Positions 27,521 through 41,010 of a DNA stretch of 64,000 nt are shown here, one piece after another; the stretch's first letter is position 1, and each line of letters opens with the position of its first letter. Source of the DNA: Octopus sinensis (lineage: Eukaryota); assembly GCF_006345805.1 (NCBI RefSeq), contig NC_043005.1, positions 37,076,001 through 37,140,000 on the forward strand, written 5' to 3'. The translations under genes and the position numbers were made by a program. The notes under the pieces were generated by a model. That model saw only the letters and a program-made list of their open reading frames with translations. It did no database searches and was not told the DNA's origin.

Positions 27521-27980
27521 TTTATATATATATATATCGGCGGGGAGGAGGGAATGTGTGTGTGTTTGTGTTTGTTCCCACCAGTGTTTAGCAATTGGTA
27601 TTGTTTTGCTTCATGCCCATAGCATAGCAGTTCAGCTGAAGGGCCTAATAAAATAAGTACCAGTCTTTTATATAAATACTGGTATCAATTTGTACGACTA
27701 AACTCTTCAAAGTGATGCCCCAGCATGGCCACAGTCCAATACTTGTAACTAGTAAAAGATAAATGACACACACATTGGTGTGTGCATGCCTCTCTTTCTT
27801 TATCCATACCACTGGGATTGGCATGAACATTAGAACTTCTAATTTCTCACTTTCTTTAAGTTCTAATTATCCTCTATCATCTCCATACCAATAGTTGCAT
27901 CATTAGTTTTGCATTTGTTTTGCTTTTTAAGTTGAGACAGAGAAATTACATAAATCTATTTATTGCACCTCATCTGCTCC

Positions 27981-28013
<33 letters not shown>

Positions 28014-31000
28014 TTCATATGATATATAGAAATAATAAATTTACAACTAAATCAGTTAAAATGTTTGATCAAACAAACTTTTCTTCTTAGCATATCTCTT
28101 CCCTTTCTATTTTCTACTTTTTGATTACTTTACCTTATGGCACAATCAGCTAACATGACTCCAGTATCATACATCTCTTTTGAGTTGAAGACCCCCCCAG
28201 CAGGAAGATTCTTTGGCTGGAATAACTTTGCACCTCCTCTACAGCAAGACACCTGTTCCTGTTGCTTTATAAGACTTTAGCTTCTCAATACCTGGCACAA
28301 AGACATTTCTTACAATACTGTCTCCCCATTCTGCTGAAAAGATCTCGTGCTGAGAAATGCAGGTAACCCCTCTTATGCTGATGCTATCAAAAAGTACACA
28401 GCACACTCTGTTAAGTGGTTGACATTAGAAAGAACATCCAGCAATAGAAACCATGCCAACACAGGTACTGTATTGGCATGGTTTCTATTGCTCCAACCCA
28501 TACCAGTAAGGAATATGGACATCAAATGAGAATGAGGATGATGATGATGATAATGACAAACACCTAGTTTATCCCATGCATTGATAATTGCTAAACATTA
28601 TACATCTCTCATTCATGTTTAGTATGAAGAATCACAGGATTGAGAAACAGAACAAGACAAATATAAAAACAGTATATTATGATTGGTATCATACTTTCTT
28701 TATAAATAGTCCTAAAAATTTGATATGAAAGTGATGAAAATAGAAATGCATTAGTTATATACCCTCAGTCCATATCCATATATATATATGTATGCATGAC
28801 CAACAGATACTTTTCAAGCAATTGCTTTCTTAACTCACTTGCGTTCACACAGTATAACTGTCAAGTTCATTTTTCACATACAGCTAATCATACTGTATTT
28901 GATACTTTCCAATTACTTAAGGTTTTCTACATTCAATGTCCATAGTTTGTTGTTCTCCAGCACCACAGTTCATATGCACAGAACATATATGCAATATTTC
29001 ATATCAAGAGAGAATATAATAGCTATTTTTATTTATTTATTTTGGTATTGTTATTTGTTTTTCTCTTTATGCTGGACTTACTCTAGGCAATTCAGAAAAC
29101 TTTTGCTTGTCTTGATCTCCTTAGCTGAATGTACTTTACAATCAAATTATTTGTAATAGAAACAGCATCCAACTGTAAATAAATCTGCTCCATATATATA
29201 TATACATTCATATGAATATATAGAAATAATAAATAAAAATAACAATAATAAAATCCTACTGCAGTAGTGAAATGGATGTAAAATAGTTGTATTTTGTTTT
29301 ATGATTGACAAATGTTATGTTTTATCCTACTGAAAAATCCATATGTATTTATACAAGGAACTTTTTCATATATAAGCGATATTTGGCTACAAAGCAAATG
29401 TTTAGAACAAGCTAAAACACAAAAAATAAAACAATCCATGAAACCAAGTGAAGCAACAAAATGTTTAAAATACACAGAAAAAAAAAATAAAAAGGAAAAA
29501 ATTGATAGCCCCCTTTGTCCAGAGGTTAATTTACACAAATTCCACATGTCAGGTTTGCTCCAAGAGAATATGATATTTAATCAAAACCTACAAGAACTTG
29601 TATATACTATGTTCTTCAGTTTTGCTTATTCTCCTCAATGACCTTAAAATCATTTAATACTAAACAATTGGAAAGGTGCCAAGCCGTGTTGTCTTGGTAA
29701 ATGATCTCTCTTTCATGGGTGATTCACTTAAAAATTTTTCCATTTCGTTCACTTTTGCTTATTTTCACAAAAAAATATATTTATAAATAGAGATCCTACT
29801 CTTTCTTATGAAAGTGTGTGGACTAAGGGTTAGGGTGTTCAACTCATGATTACAAAATGCTTGCTGCTTTGCTGGATGGGGTTGGTGTTCATCCCAGGTT
29901 AGTGGTCCCAGAGACATCATCATGTGTAGAGCCAATCAAGTCCACCTATGCTCTCCAATGCCGGTATTCCCATGCCAGCCTCTCTGCATCCTCCAAGGTG
30001 ACATTAAGAGTATGGGTTCAATTCCTGCACCAAGCAATGCATTGTGTCCTCATGCAAATCTTTTCATTTCATGTTGCTCCATGACTACATCAACAACTAC
30101 TGATATGTGGTACACTAAGCACCTGTATAGACAATGTTGATTTGATGGAGGGAATGAGCTTATGTGCAGTGCAAACTTCTGATCACTGTAAACGAATCAT
30201 CAGTGCAGGTTGTTCAACAAATAGTTGCAGAACTCTGATCCATTCCTCTCCCCTCTTCTCTTGGAGATCATCATCATTTAATTCCATTTTCCATGCTGGC
30301 ACTAGTTGGATGTTTTAAAAGGAGCTGTCAGCTTCAGTATGGTTTCAACAACCAAATGTTTTTCCTAGTGCCAACCACTCCACAGAATGTACTGGCAACT
30401 TTTTTTTTACATGGTACCACCAACAGTGAGGTCACCACATAACTTACAAGTCATAGACTCTTCATCTGAGAAGGGGAGTGGTATTGAGGGAGGTAGCTTT
30501 GTGCCAGGTGATGAGAGGTTGAAGTATAATACAGTGATAGAAACAGGGAGTCTTAAAGTAGAAGAGATACATGACTATTCTTGTAAGAGATAGAAAAGCT
30601 GGAGGTGAATGTGTGACAAATACATAGGCTTTCAGTTTGTGTTCATAAGTTATGTTCCATAGTATTTCTATTTATCTATGTACAAGTATGTTTGTGTGGT
30701 TAAGAAGTTTGCATCACAATCACATGCTTTCAGGTTCAGTCCCACTGTGCAACACATTGGAGAAGTGTTGTCTAGTGTAGCTCCAGACCAACCAATGCCA
30801 TGTGCAGAAATCTGATAGACAGACACTCCAAGAAGCCCAATATATGTATGTGTGTGTTTATGTATATGTATGTGTGCAAATCCTCATCATCATCATCATC
30901 ATCTAACATCCATTGTCCATGGGTTGATGGTTTGATCAGAGCTGGCAAGCTGGGGAGTGGGACCAGACTCCAGTCTGATTAGGCATAGTTTCTATGGCTG

Positions 31001-32817
31001 GATGCCCTTCCTAATGCCAAATGTATATGAAAATTTATATCCTACATTATCACTGCTTGAGAGAAGTGGTACTATTCTTGACAGGTCGCATTGAGCTTTA
31101 AAGGACCTGTGGATTTAAGGAATTCTTTACTTGAAAAAGCAAGTTAAAGCTTGGTGGCAGAAAAAAGCATCTGCATCCAAACCCATGCTAATATGGAAAA
31201 ATACTAGCATTTGAAGTGATTACTACTGTCAAGCCATAGTGTGTTCTTGACAATCTGATTGTGAGACCAAATTTCAATTTCTATGTGGAATTAGTACCAT
31301 TCATTTTTGTCACTAATGACTCTGGGCAAAGCATATGTATTGCAATTTATCAATTTTTTCAAAGATAACTATAATGCTGAAACCATAATGGTATCCATTT
31401 GGCAGCTGATGATGGGTTTATGGTTGAGGTTCTTGTTGTCTGTAAACCTTTTATATCTTGAGGTTTCATTGTTCTAAATCATCTTTCATTGTCATAGGAT
31501 TGAACTTGTTAAAGAATTCTTGATTTGTTGCTTTATGATGGTTTTGTTGTTTGTATTATAACACATTTTGATATTGCATGATTGTCCTTCTTTGGGAGTC
31601 TAACCATGGCTAGATTAATAATTATTTAAAGGTTTCTAGTTTGGAGATATTCTGTGGCATATACTAGTGATATTCTACATTTGCATATACAGTGTAAATG
31701 TTGTGCATATCATAATCTTTACAGTACTTTAAACAGCATTTCAAACAAAGGGAGTGCTTGTATACATGCATATATGAATGTGTGCATACGTGTGCATGTA
31801 TGTATCTGTGTGTATATATGTATCTGGGTACGTGTGTATGATATAGAACAATGTTTTCTGTAAATCAAGTTTATCACTAGTCTTTTCTAGTTTAACCACT
31901 TTCTTTGTCATTGATGCCCTAAGGAGTAAGAATAAGCATTTACAATCTTTGCTCTCACTATAGTTTTCTCTCCAAATATGAGAGGTCAGAAATAATAGTT
32001 TGTGCATATTAACAGTTACATGGAATATATGATTGTTAGTTCAGCTTTATAGATAGTAATGTAAATATGTTAGCAAAAAGAATGATGCAGATAATTATGC
32101 AAACATGTTAGCAAAGAGATATATTGCTCTTTATCTTCACATGCAAGCAAGCAGATACATACACATGCACACATATGCATGTGCACAAGCAAACACACAC
32201 ACACATTTAATTTTTTATATACCCAGGCTTAGTCCCCAGTTTTTAGGAGGGGATAGCCACAACAATGCACACACCAGTCATTCCAATCATTTCCCAGCTC
32301 AAACCGGCAATCCCTGTTCTATACTTGGGTCAAGGCATAGAATGCAACCCCAATATCAGCAGCAGTAGCCGACAGCATATGCTGGTTTACCTCTGTCACA
32401 TCATGCTAGTTCCAGACCCCGTTGAGCAACATCAAATTCACTCATCTACCCACAAACACTCTCCAAGCTTTCCTATCATTTATAAACTTTCTTGCAGTAG
32501 TAGGTAAAAGCAGTATAAGCTTAGGATAGATGACAAAGAATGGATGAGAACATAAACTTATTACAGGATGTACACTTATGACATCATGTGCATGTTAAGT
32601 ATGAATATGGTTATTGTGTAAGCTAAACTGTCTTGAAACAGCTGTTGAGATAAGATTTTACATAATTTTTCTGTTCAGTTTACTTTTCATTTCTATTTAT
32701 TCTGTAACCAGTATTTTGTGCTCCATGTAAATATATCTCAAGCCTTCCTGTGTTTATCTTCTTTTCTATATGCACACATATGCATACACACATACAAATA
32801 TATATATATATATTTAT

Positions 32818-33115
32818 ATCACGTGACCGACCAGACCATCAGATGTTGCTACACATCACTGGTCACAATGTGTTCGCATTGTTTTAGCCTTCGAATGACG
32901 CCACCCCGCTGGCTAAGTGAGCAGGCCAATAGAAGAAAGAGTGAGAGAAAGTTGTGGTGAAAGAGTACAGCAGGGATCACCACCCCTTGCTGGAGCCTTG
33001 TGGAGCTTTTAGGTGTTTTCGCTCAATAAACACTCACAATGCCCGGTCTGAGAATCGAAACCGCAATCCTATGACTGCGAGTCCGCTGCCCTAACCACTG
33101 GGCCATTGTACCTCT
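32818..33115 (-). mobile_element. tRNA-derived SINE (head family 1, tail type c)
   Basis: The head is very similar to 1998-2130 (GGCCCAGTGGTTAGGGCAGCGGACTCGCAGTC...GAGCGAAAACACCTAAAAGCTCC) but the 3' tail is a third, unrelated one; TA tracts on both sides. Confidence 0.8.
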
Positions 33116-33122
33116 CTATATA

Positions 33123-33215
<93 letters not shown>

Positions 33216-33216
33216 T

Positions 33217-33313
<97 letters not shown>

Positions 33314-33626
33314 GCCAATATTCGCACATACACACATACATATATACATACATACATAGATACAAGTGAATGGACAAAAGAAAGAAAAAGGCACTCAATA
33401 CTTGTAGTATGAGTTACAGGTATTATTATTTAAAACAGTTTGATTTGATTCCATGTGACTCAAGATTTCTTACAGAAACCTGACTGGATGACCAATTTTC
33501 CAGTAGCCATCTTAGACTTCCTATACTTCTTCATTCAGTAAACTGAGCCTGAACAAGCTAAGCTTCTGTAAGAAGCCTACGAAACTATAATTCACATGCA
33601 GCCAAATCAAACTGTTTTAAATAACA

Positions 33627-33666
<40 letters not shown>

Positions 33667-33679
33667 GTATGATGTGGTA

Positions 33680-34017
33680 AAGACCCCCATAAGTCATGAA
33701 TGATCATGAGCTTGCACTTATAAAGTTCCCCTCCAAAGCACAAGTCCAGGCAAGGTTGTTTATGGAAGGCAAACAATTGCCTATGCATACCAGCCTCCCC
33801 TCTCCACACCACTGATCGTTATCCAAGGGAAAGGTAAAGGCTGATACAGCTTAACACCAGTATCATTGCAACTCATTTCTACAGCTGAGTGAACTGGAGC
33901 AATGTGAAATAAAGTGCCTTGCTCTAGAACACAACACACAAACTGGTCCTGGAACTGAATTTACTACCTCATCATTGTGAGCCTGATGCTTTAACCACTG
34001 AGCCATGTGCCTTCAAT
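33680..34017 (-). mobile_element. tRNA-derived SINE family 4
   Basis: Minus strand GAAGGCACATGGCTCAGTGGTT...GCTCCAGTTCACTCAGCTGTAGAAATGAG...GGGGGTCTTTAC. A 5'-truncated copy lies at about 46425-46712 (+) and a variant at 44495-44740 (+). Confidence 0.75.
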
Positions 34018-34685
34018 GAGCTTCTTTCAGTTGCCATCTACCAAACTGATTGGCAAGGTTTTGATCAGAGTTATAGTAGAAGATACTAACTCAATGTGCC
34101 ACATAGTTATGCAACAAACCCTTTAACCACACAGCCATCCTGTACCTAATAAAACAATCCACAAACATAAGACACACTCTATATAGAAAATATCCAATAA
34201 AATAAACAGCCACCAACAGGCTAATACCTAACAGAAGAACACAACTTGCATTACACACACAACACAAAAAAAGACTGCAATCAGATCTCATAAAAACAAA
34301 CTGATGCAATACAATACCAGAAAGAATTTGCACTCCCCTAATAACAAAAAAAGAACACAGTGCTGTACATACCCACAACAACACAGAGGTGCAGCAGGGT
34401 GTAACAGGTAATGCAGTAGAAATTTGCCTGAAACTACCAAATATTGAATAATAATAATAATAATAATAATCATTTCTGCTATTGGCACAAATAATGGAAT
34501 TTGAGTGGGGGGGGGTAGTCGATTACATTGACCTCAATGCTCAACTGGTACTTATTTTACTGACCCCCGAAAGGATGAAAGGCAATGTCAACCTCAGAAG
34601 AATTTGAAGTCAAAACATAAAAACGGTCGAAATACTACAAAGCAGTTTGCTCAGTGTGCTAACGATTCTTCCAGCTCACCACCAT

Positions 34686-34700
34686 AATGATAATAATAAT

Positions 34701-34765
<65 letters not shown>
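34686..34765. repeat. (AAT)n microsatellite
   Basis: Directly visible. Confidence 0.95.
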
Positions 34766-35245
34766 GCACTTATGTTTGTGCACAATTATTCCAAGAGTAA
34801 AACTGTACATTTTCTGCAGGGTAAACCACGATACTCCCAAAAGTATCAGAGCATTACCATTCCATTCTTAAATTAAGCATACAAATTGATTTACATCATA
34901 TGACCTTCTATTCTTGCTTTATACACCAAATCAAGTTGGGATATCTTGCTAGCAAGGCATTAACAGTTATTTGCATAGCTCTCAGCTGATTCTCTATGAA
35001 TTTATGTGATATATTCGTGATAAAGTAAATGCTTTCTGTTGTCGATAGACATCTTTATATTAGATTTGGATCTGTAAAGGAGCAATAATCCTGTAATGTA
35101 ATGGGCAGCAGGCTTCACTAAACAGCAAATGACATGGCTTTGTATGTACTTTTTTTTTTTTGCTCAATCCCTTAAAGAAAATCCATTGTTATTTCTTATG
35201 TTTAAATCATTGTTTATACATACATACTGGCATGTGTGTGTATGT

Positions 35246-35284
<39 letters not shown>

Positions 35285-35431
35285 TGCAGTTATGTATGCT
35301 TGTGTGCATGCATAAATGCATGAGTATATACAGATATGTGTCTTTTGATATCTAAGTGCAAAGAAACGACACTTGTTTCTATATATATATGATGATGTGT
35401 ATCTATTTGTGTATGTGCTTATGTGTGTATG

Positions 35432-35509
<78 letters not shown>

Positions 35510-35543
35510 TATATATATATATATATATATAATATATATATAT

Positions 35544-35590
<47 letters not shown>

Positions 35591-35999
35591 TTTGATGATC
35601 TGTAGTTGTGTGTGTGTGTGTGTTAGTGTGTGAAATGATGATGCATAGTTGTATACCTTGTGTAGCCCCAGCAAAGACAAATTGAACAACATAACTTTCC
35701 TTGTATATAAGAAGGCTGAACGGTCATGGCTGGAACGCATCTGATTATAGAGTAGATCAATGAATGTTAACCTGGGGCTAAACAAAAATAGCAGCATAAT
35801 TAATCTTTAGCTGTAAATCAAAGTTACTTCTTCGCTACATCATAGAATAACTCTGTTGCATGACAGACACTTGTTCAATCCTAGCCAGGCCAAACTTTAC
35901 CAGTGGAAAACTATTCTCTTGTCAAGGAACAAGATAGCAAAATGGCGGAGTTGTTAGAGTTTGGGACAAGGTACATTGTGTTATATATGTTTTATAATT

Positions 36000-36400
36000 A
36001 TACCAATTGTTCTCAACAGGGCAGAAACCTAGATAATGTAGAGGGAAATGGAAAAGAATATAGATGCCTTTGTGACATAGGTCTTTTGTAGATTGAGCAG
36101 AATAAGTTGGATAGAAAGGTTATCAAATACTGCATTATTTGAAAAACTGGAAGTCCAAAGACACCTATTATCATAGTTTATACCAGGAGTCATTTTCCAT
36201 AACCATCCTGACAGTGAGTGTGGAGGGAAGAGAGCAAGAGGCAGTCAAAGATGTTTGCAGACTGATGACACTAAAGAATGGACTGGAAACAAAAACCTGG
36301 CTAATTGTATGTATACAGCACAATACAAAGGTATCAGGAGTGTTTTAGCAAGCTGACCCCTGGATACAGGAAGAATACCTGGCTGATGGACAAGATTCCT
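36000..36400 (+). pseudogene. Old RTE-like LINE C-terminal fragment
   Basis: VEGREQEAVKD...and ADDTKEWTG-like remnants resemble the G.R.RGRQ...W.D.IKEWTG motif; heavily decayed. Confidence 0.35.
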
Positions 36401-37931
36401 TGCATTCTCGGTTTAAATCCTGCCAAGGCTAACTTTGCCTCCTACTCTTCTGAGTGGATGAGAAGAATTGGTAGAGTGTCTGGTTGGGCACCTTATAGTA
36501 TTTTTCCTGACTCTGTGTTCTGAGTTCAAATCCATCCATGGCCAACTTGGTTGGTAGAATTAATCCATCATCTAGTTTAACACCACAGCTTGATCCTAGG
36601 GCAACATTTGGTTGAATCCCACCAAAAGTACTCAAGGATCAGGTTTCCAGTTTCAGGAGACCTTCCTCTCTTTATAACTAATCATAGAGGTTATAATGAG
36701 ACATAAGAATTGGTCTGTGCTCGTGACTGATGAAAAACTCACTCATCATCATCAGCATCATTTAGTGTTTATTTTCTATAATGGCATAAGTTGGACAGTT
36801 TGACAGGAGGGAGTTGTCAAGGCTGGGAGCTGTAGGAGGCTCAAATATCTGTTTTGGCATGGTTTCTACAGCTTGCTTCCCTTCCTAATGCCAACCACTT
36901 TACAGATTTATTGAGCGCTTTTTACATAGCACCAGCACCAACAGAGTCACTAAGTACCTTACAAATATGGGGCGGGGGAGTTGACGGGGCAGAGAAGATG
37001 GGGTGGGAGTGGGAGTGGGAAAAGGGCAGAACCCCTCATGAACAAGCATTACCACGATGGATTTAGGATATCAACTCTGCTGTGGTGGGCAGTTCTTGAG
37101 TACAGCAAGGTGTCAGATATCTCAGTCCTTTGTCATCTCCTTTGTGAAGTTCAGCATCTCAAGATTAGCCTTCAATACTTGATGCCATTTCTTCCTGGGT
37201 TTCCCTCTTCCTCAAGTTCCACTCACTTTAAGCAGTCAGCACTTCTTTGCACAACTGTCCTTATCCATACATTTCACATGACCAAACCAGTGCAGTCTTC
37301 TTTCTCACACACTTCATTTAATTCCTCTTATGTCCAACTTTTCTTGCAATACACTAACACTCTGTCACACATGTACACTAACATTGCACATTGAGTAGAG
37401 CATACTAGCTTAATTCCTCTCTAGTCTACACATCATATCCTCTATATTACTGATCTATGTCTCACTACCATGTAGCATTGCTGTTCATACATATGCACCA
37501 CACAACCTTCCTTTAATGATATTTTCTTAATCATCATGTGTGGCAGCAAACACAAATGATACATATATGAATTGTCAATTATGAATACTCAGGGATATTA
37601 ACCAATGTCTGTTTCATGAAAGAGAACCAAAGACAATGTTATTATCCTTCAAAAGAAAGAGGGTAAAATAGGTATACATGTCTGTATTCATAGATGTGTG
37701 TGTGTGTTGTTCATACATATGCACCACACAACCTTCCTTTAGTAATATTTTCTTGATCAGCAAACACAGATGATACATATATGAGGTAAAGTTAATTAGA
37801 GAATACTGAGGGGGAGATTAATCTATGTGTCTTCTACAATAGAGAACCAAAGGTAAAAGGTAGTGCTTCTTTTGAGAAGAGAGTAAAAGTTGGAAAAGGA
37901 TATATATCTGCATATATATTTATATATATAT

Positions 37932-37973
<42 letters not shown>

Positions 37974-38272
37974 GTGTGTGTGTATATAAAAGCATATATG
38001 TGTCTGTCGGGGGGTGTATATATATATATATATATATATAAAGTTAATCCAAACAAGAAAGCACAAAAAAACAACAACGCGAGGACATGGAACAAATATA
38101 GTATTATTGGACGCTCAGAAAAGAAGGAAAGAAGGAGGGTTTAAGGTTTCGAGTGGAGCTCTTTGTCGGAAACATAGGAGAAGGAAAGATCCAGAGAAGG
38201 GAAGACAAAGGAAAAAAATCACCAACGGTACACACGAGGTCACATCTTGAAAGACATATATATATATATATA

Positions 38273-38650
38273 CTAGCACTATGACCCGGCAACGTCGAGT
38301 CATAGTGCTAGTGCATGCATATACAGCTGCATGCATGTGCACATACATGCGAGTACTGTCCAAATCTCCGACTAATCTCATACAGCTAGCTGGCATTGAA
38401 TTGGCATATCAAGTTTCGTGCATTTTGATTGGGCTTTGGATAGAAAATTCACAAAAAAGTTACTTCTGTTGATTTTTTAATGGCTTTGCGGGGTGACTGG
38501 GGAAATGTAGAGATGTGCGCGACCACCCTTGGACGATTTTGAATGACCATAGAAAGTGCAAGCCCTCTAACTGAAAAATTGGGGATTTTTATAAAGGATA
38601 TACACACACACAGACATACATTTTGCCATTTATATATATAATATATATAT
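38273..38650 (-). mobile_element. Non-autonomous Helitron, copy 1
   Basis: Minus strand begins ATATATAAATGGCAAAATGTATGTCTGTGTG and ends with a subterminal hairpin GACTCGACGTTGCCGGGTC followed by ...GCTAG then T. Confidence 0.7.
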
Positions 38651-38899
38651 ATATATATAAAGTTAATCCAAACAAGAAAGCACAAAAAAACAACAACGCG
38701 AGGACATGGAACAAATATAGTATTATTGGACGCTCAGAAAAGAAGGAAAGAAGGAGGGTTTAAGGTTCGAGCGGAGCTCTTTGTTGGAAACATAGGAGAA
38801 GGAAAGATCCAGAGAAGGGAAGACAAAGGAAAAAAAATCACCAACGGTACACACGAGGTCACATTTTGAAAGACATATATATATATATATATATATATA

Positions 38900-39275
38900 C
38901 TAGCACTATGACCCGGCAACGCCGAGTCATAGTGCTAGTGCATGCATATACAGCTGCGTGCATGTGCACATACATGCGAGTACTGTCCAAATCTCCGACT
39001 AATCTCATACAGCTAGCTGGCATTGAATTGGCATATCAAGTTTCGTGCATTTTGATTGGGCTTTGGATAGAAAATTCACAAAAAAGTTACTTCTGTTGAT
39101 TTTTTAATGGCTTTGCGGGGTGACTGGGGAAATGTAGAGATGTGCGCGACCACCCTTGGACGATTTTGAATGACCATAGAAAGTGCAAGCCCTCTAACTG
39201 AAAAATTGGGGATTTTTATAAAGGATATACACACACACAGACATACATTTTGCCATTTATATATATAAATATATA
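38900..39275 (-). mobile_element. Non-autonomous Helitron, copy 2
   Basis: As copy 1; the terminal CTAG is at 38900-38903. Confidence 0.7.
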
Positions 39276-39474
39276 TATATGCACAGCCTTGGTTTTTTAT
39301 CTCATTACACAAGAAATTCTTATATACACAAGCTGACATAGAACCAACGTTGAACCCTTTATTCGCAAAATTACCGAATCTGGAACTTAACTATGGCCTG
39401 TCTATAGCACTTATTCAGCATTACCTGACACCTTTGGGTGTCAATGACACCATTATCTCTCATAACCTCAACTA

Positions 39475-39980
39475 TATCATCATCATCATCGTTTAGTGTC
39501 CGCTTTCTATGATAGCATGGGTTGGACGGTTCTACTGGGGTCTGTGAAGCCAGAAGGCTTCATCAGGCCCAGTCAAATCTGGCAGTGTTTCTACGGCTGG
39601 ATGCCCTTCCTAACGCCAACCACTCCGTGAGTGTAGTGGGTGCTTTTTACGTGCCACCCGCACAGGTGCCAGACAGAGCTGGCAAACGGCCACGAACGGA
39701 TGGTGTTTTTTATGTGCCACCGGCATGAGGGCCAGGCGAGGCTGGCAACGGACACGAACGGATGGTGCTTTTTACGTGCCACCGGCACGAGGCCAGTCGG
39801 GGTGGCGCTGGCAACGGTCACGAAATGGAAGGTTCTCTTACATGCCACCGGCACTGGTAACACATCTGCAATTTCCATTGATCGATTTCGATTCTGATCC
39901 TCACTTGCCTCAACAGGTCTTCACAAGTAGATTTTCGACATGCCACCGGCACTGGTAACACATCTGCAATTTCCATTGTG
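39475..39980 (-). mobile_element. 5'-truncated RTE 3' UTR with 4-unit hairpin array
   Basis: 39901-39928 matches 10451-10478 of the RT-linked copy; the array spans 39639-39855 and the tail is (GAT)n. Confidence 0.85.
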
Positions 39981-40599
39981 TGTATATACATATGCACACA
40001 CACGCATACACACGTGGAGCAAAAATAGAGAAACAGCAGCAAAAACATATATTTATAAAGACCAAAGAAAGACTTTCGTTTCTAATAAATGGAAGAAGTT
40101 TTGTGGATTGTGCTGCTGTTTATAATCATAATTGTAACATCTGTTGTGTCAAAGAATATAAATAAACTCATTAGATGAAGGCTGTCAGCGACATTGGTCT
40201 TGTTTTTTGTTATCATGGATGTAGGGAGATATATGTATGCATGTGTGTGTGTGTGTGTTAGTGCATTGGTGTGTGTCGACACATGAGTGTTTATTTCCAT
40301 TTGTTTATTTAATCACACACAGACATGTGCACAAGCATGCTTACACACAGATGTTCAGTCAGTTCTCTTGTATATATAATACACATACATGCATATACAT
40401 ATATCACTGTATACAACTCTGTGATTACACACATTCACTAACACACACACACATTCATATATAACTTGTGATTATACATACATATACACATACCTATGTA
40501 CACACACACTCACACCATTGAATTGAAAGTAGCCAATTAGAAGAAAAGATATTGCTTTAAAATATAAGAAAATAAAATAATGAAGTTAATGGATCATTA

Positions 40600-41010
40600 A
40601 TAAAAATTTGCTGATGAAGAAGATATAATGTGGATCAAATGATTGGATTACTAAGCAGGTTGTGTGAATCATGACATCATTAGGGGGAAATGAATAGGAA
40701 ATGATAGAAGCACATTCAATGTCATGGACAATGAAAAGAAAATATGGAAATGTCACTTCAAGATGTTGTTTTTAAATGAGGAGAATGTATAAGAAATAGA
40801 GAGAGAGAAAAGGGTTCTAACCTAAGTAAGCCCAACAAAAGGATTTGATACTGAAGTTGGCAGCTATATGGTATTTAGGATGGGCACTGAGATATCTAGT
40901 GAAGGTTACATAATAATCACTTGTATAGACAGACAAGTAGTACATGGAAATGACATATCAAGTGACTCTTATATCAGTATCATTGCCAACAAGATCGAAA
41001 GTGATGTCCT
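40600..41010 (+). pseudogene. Degenerate RTE-like RT N-terminal fragment
   Basis: Remnants such as IWKCHFKMLFLNEEN, and ISSEGYIIIT, resemble the RTE pre-RT region. Confidence 0.35.

Larger units (their letters stand above)
38040..39280. repeat. Near-identical tandem duplication, unit about 619 bp
   Basis: 38040-38658 and 38659-39280 differ by only a handful of substitutions plus TA-tract length. Confidence 0.95.

Noticed and set aside
29312-29641. 109-aa ORF as a possible exon
   Set aside because: A-rich low complexity, weak splice sites and no recognisable homology.
39639-39855. CRISPR-like array of palindromic repeats with spacers
   Set aside because: The spacers are homologous to each other, the array lies within an RTE 3' UTR, and the context is eukaryotic with no cas genes.
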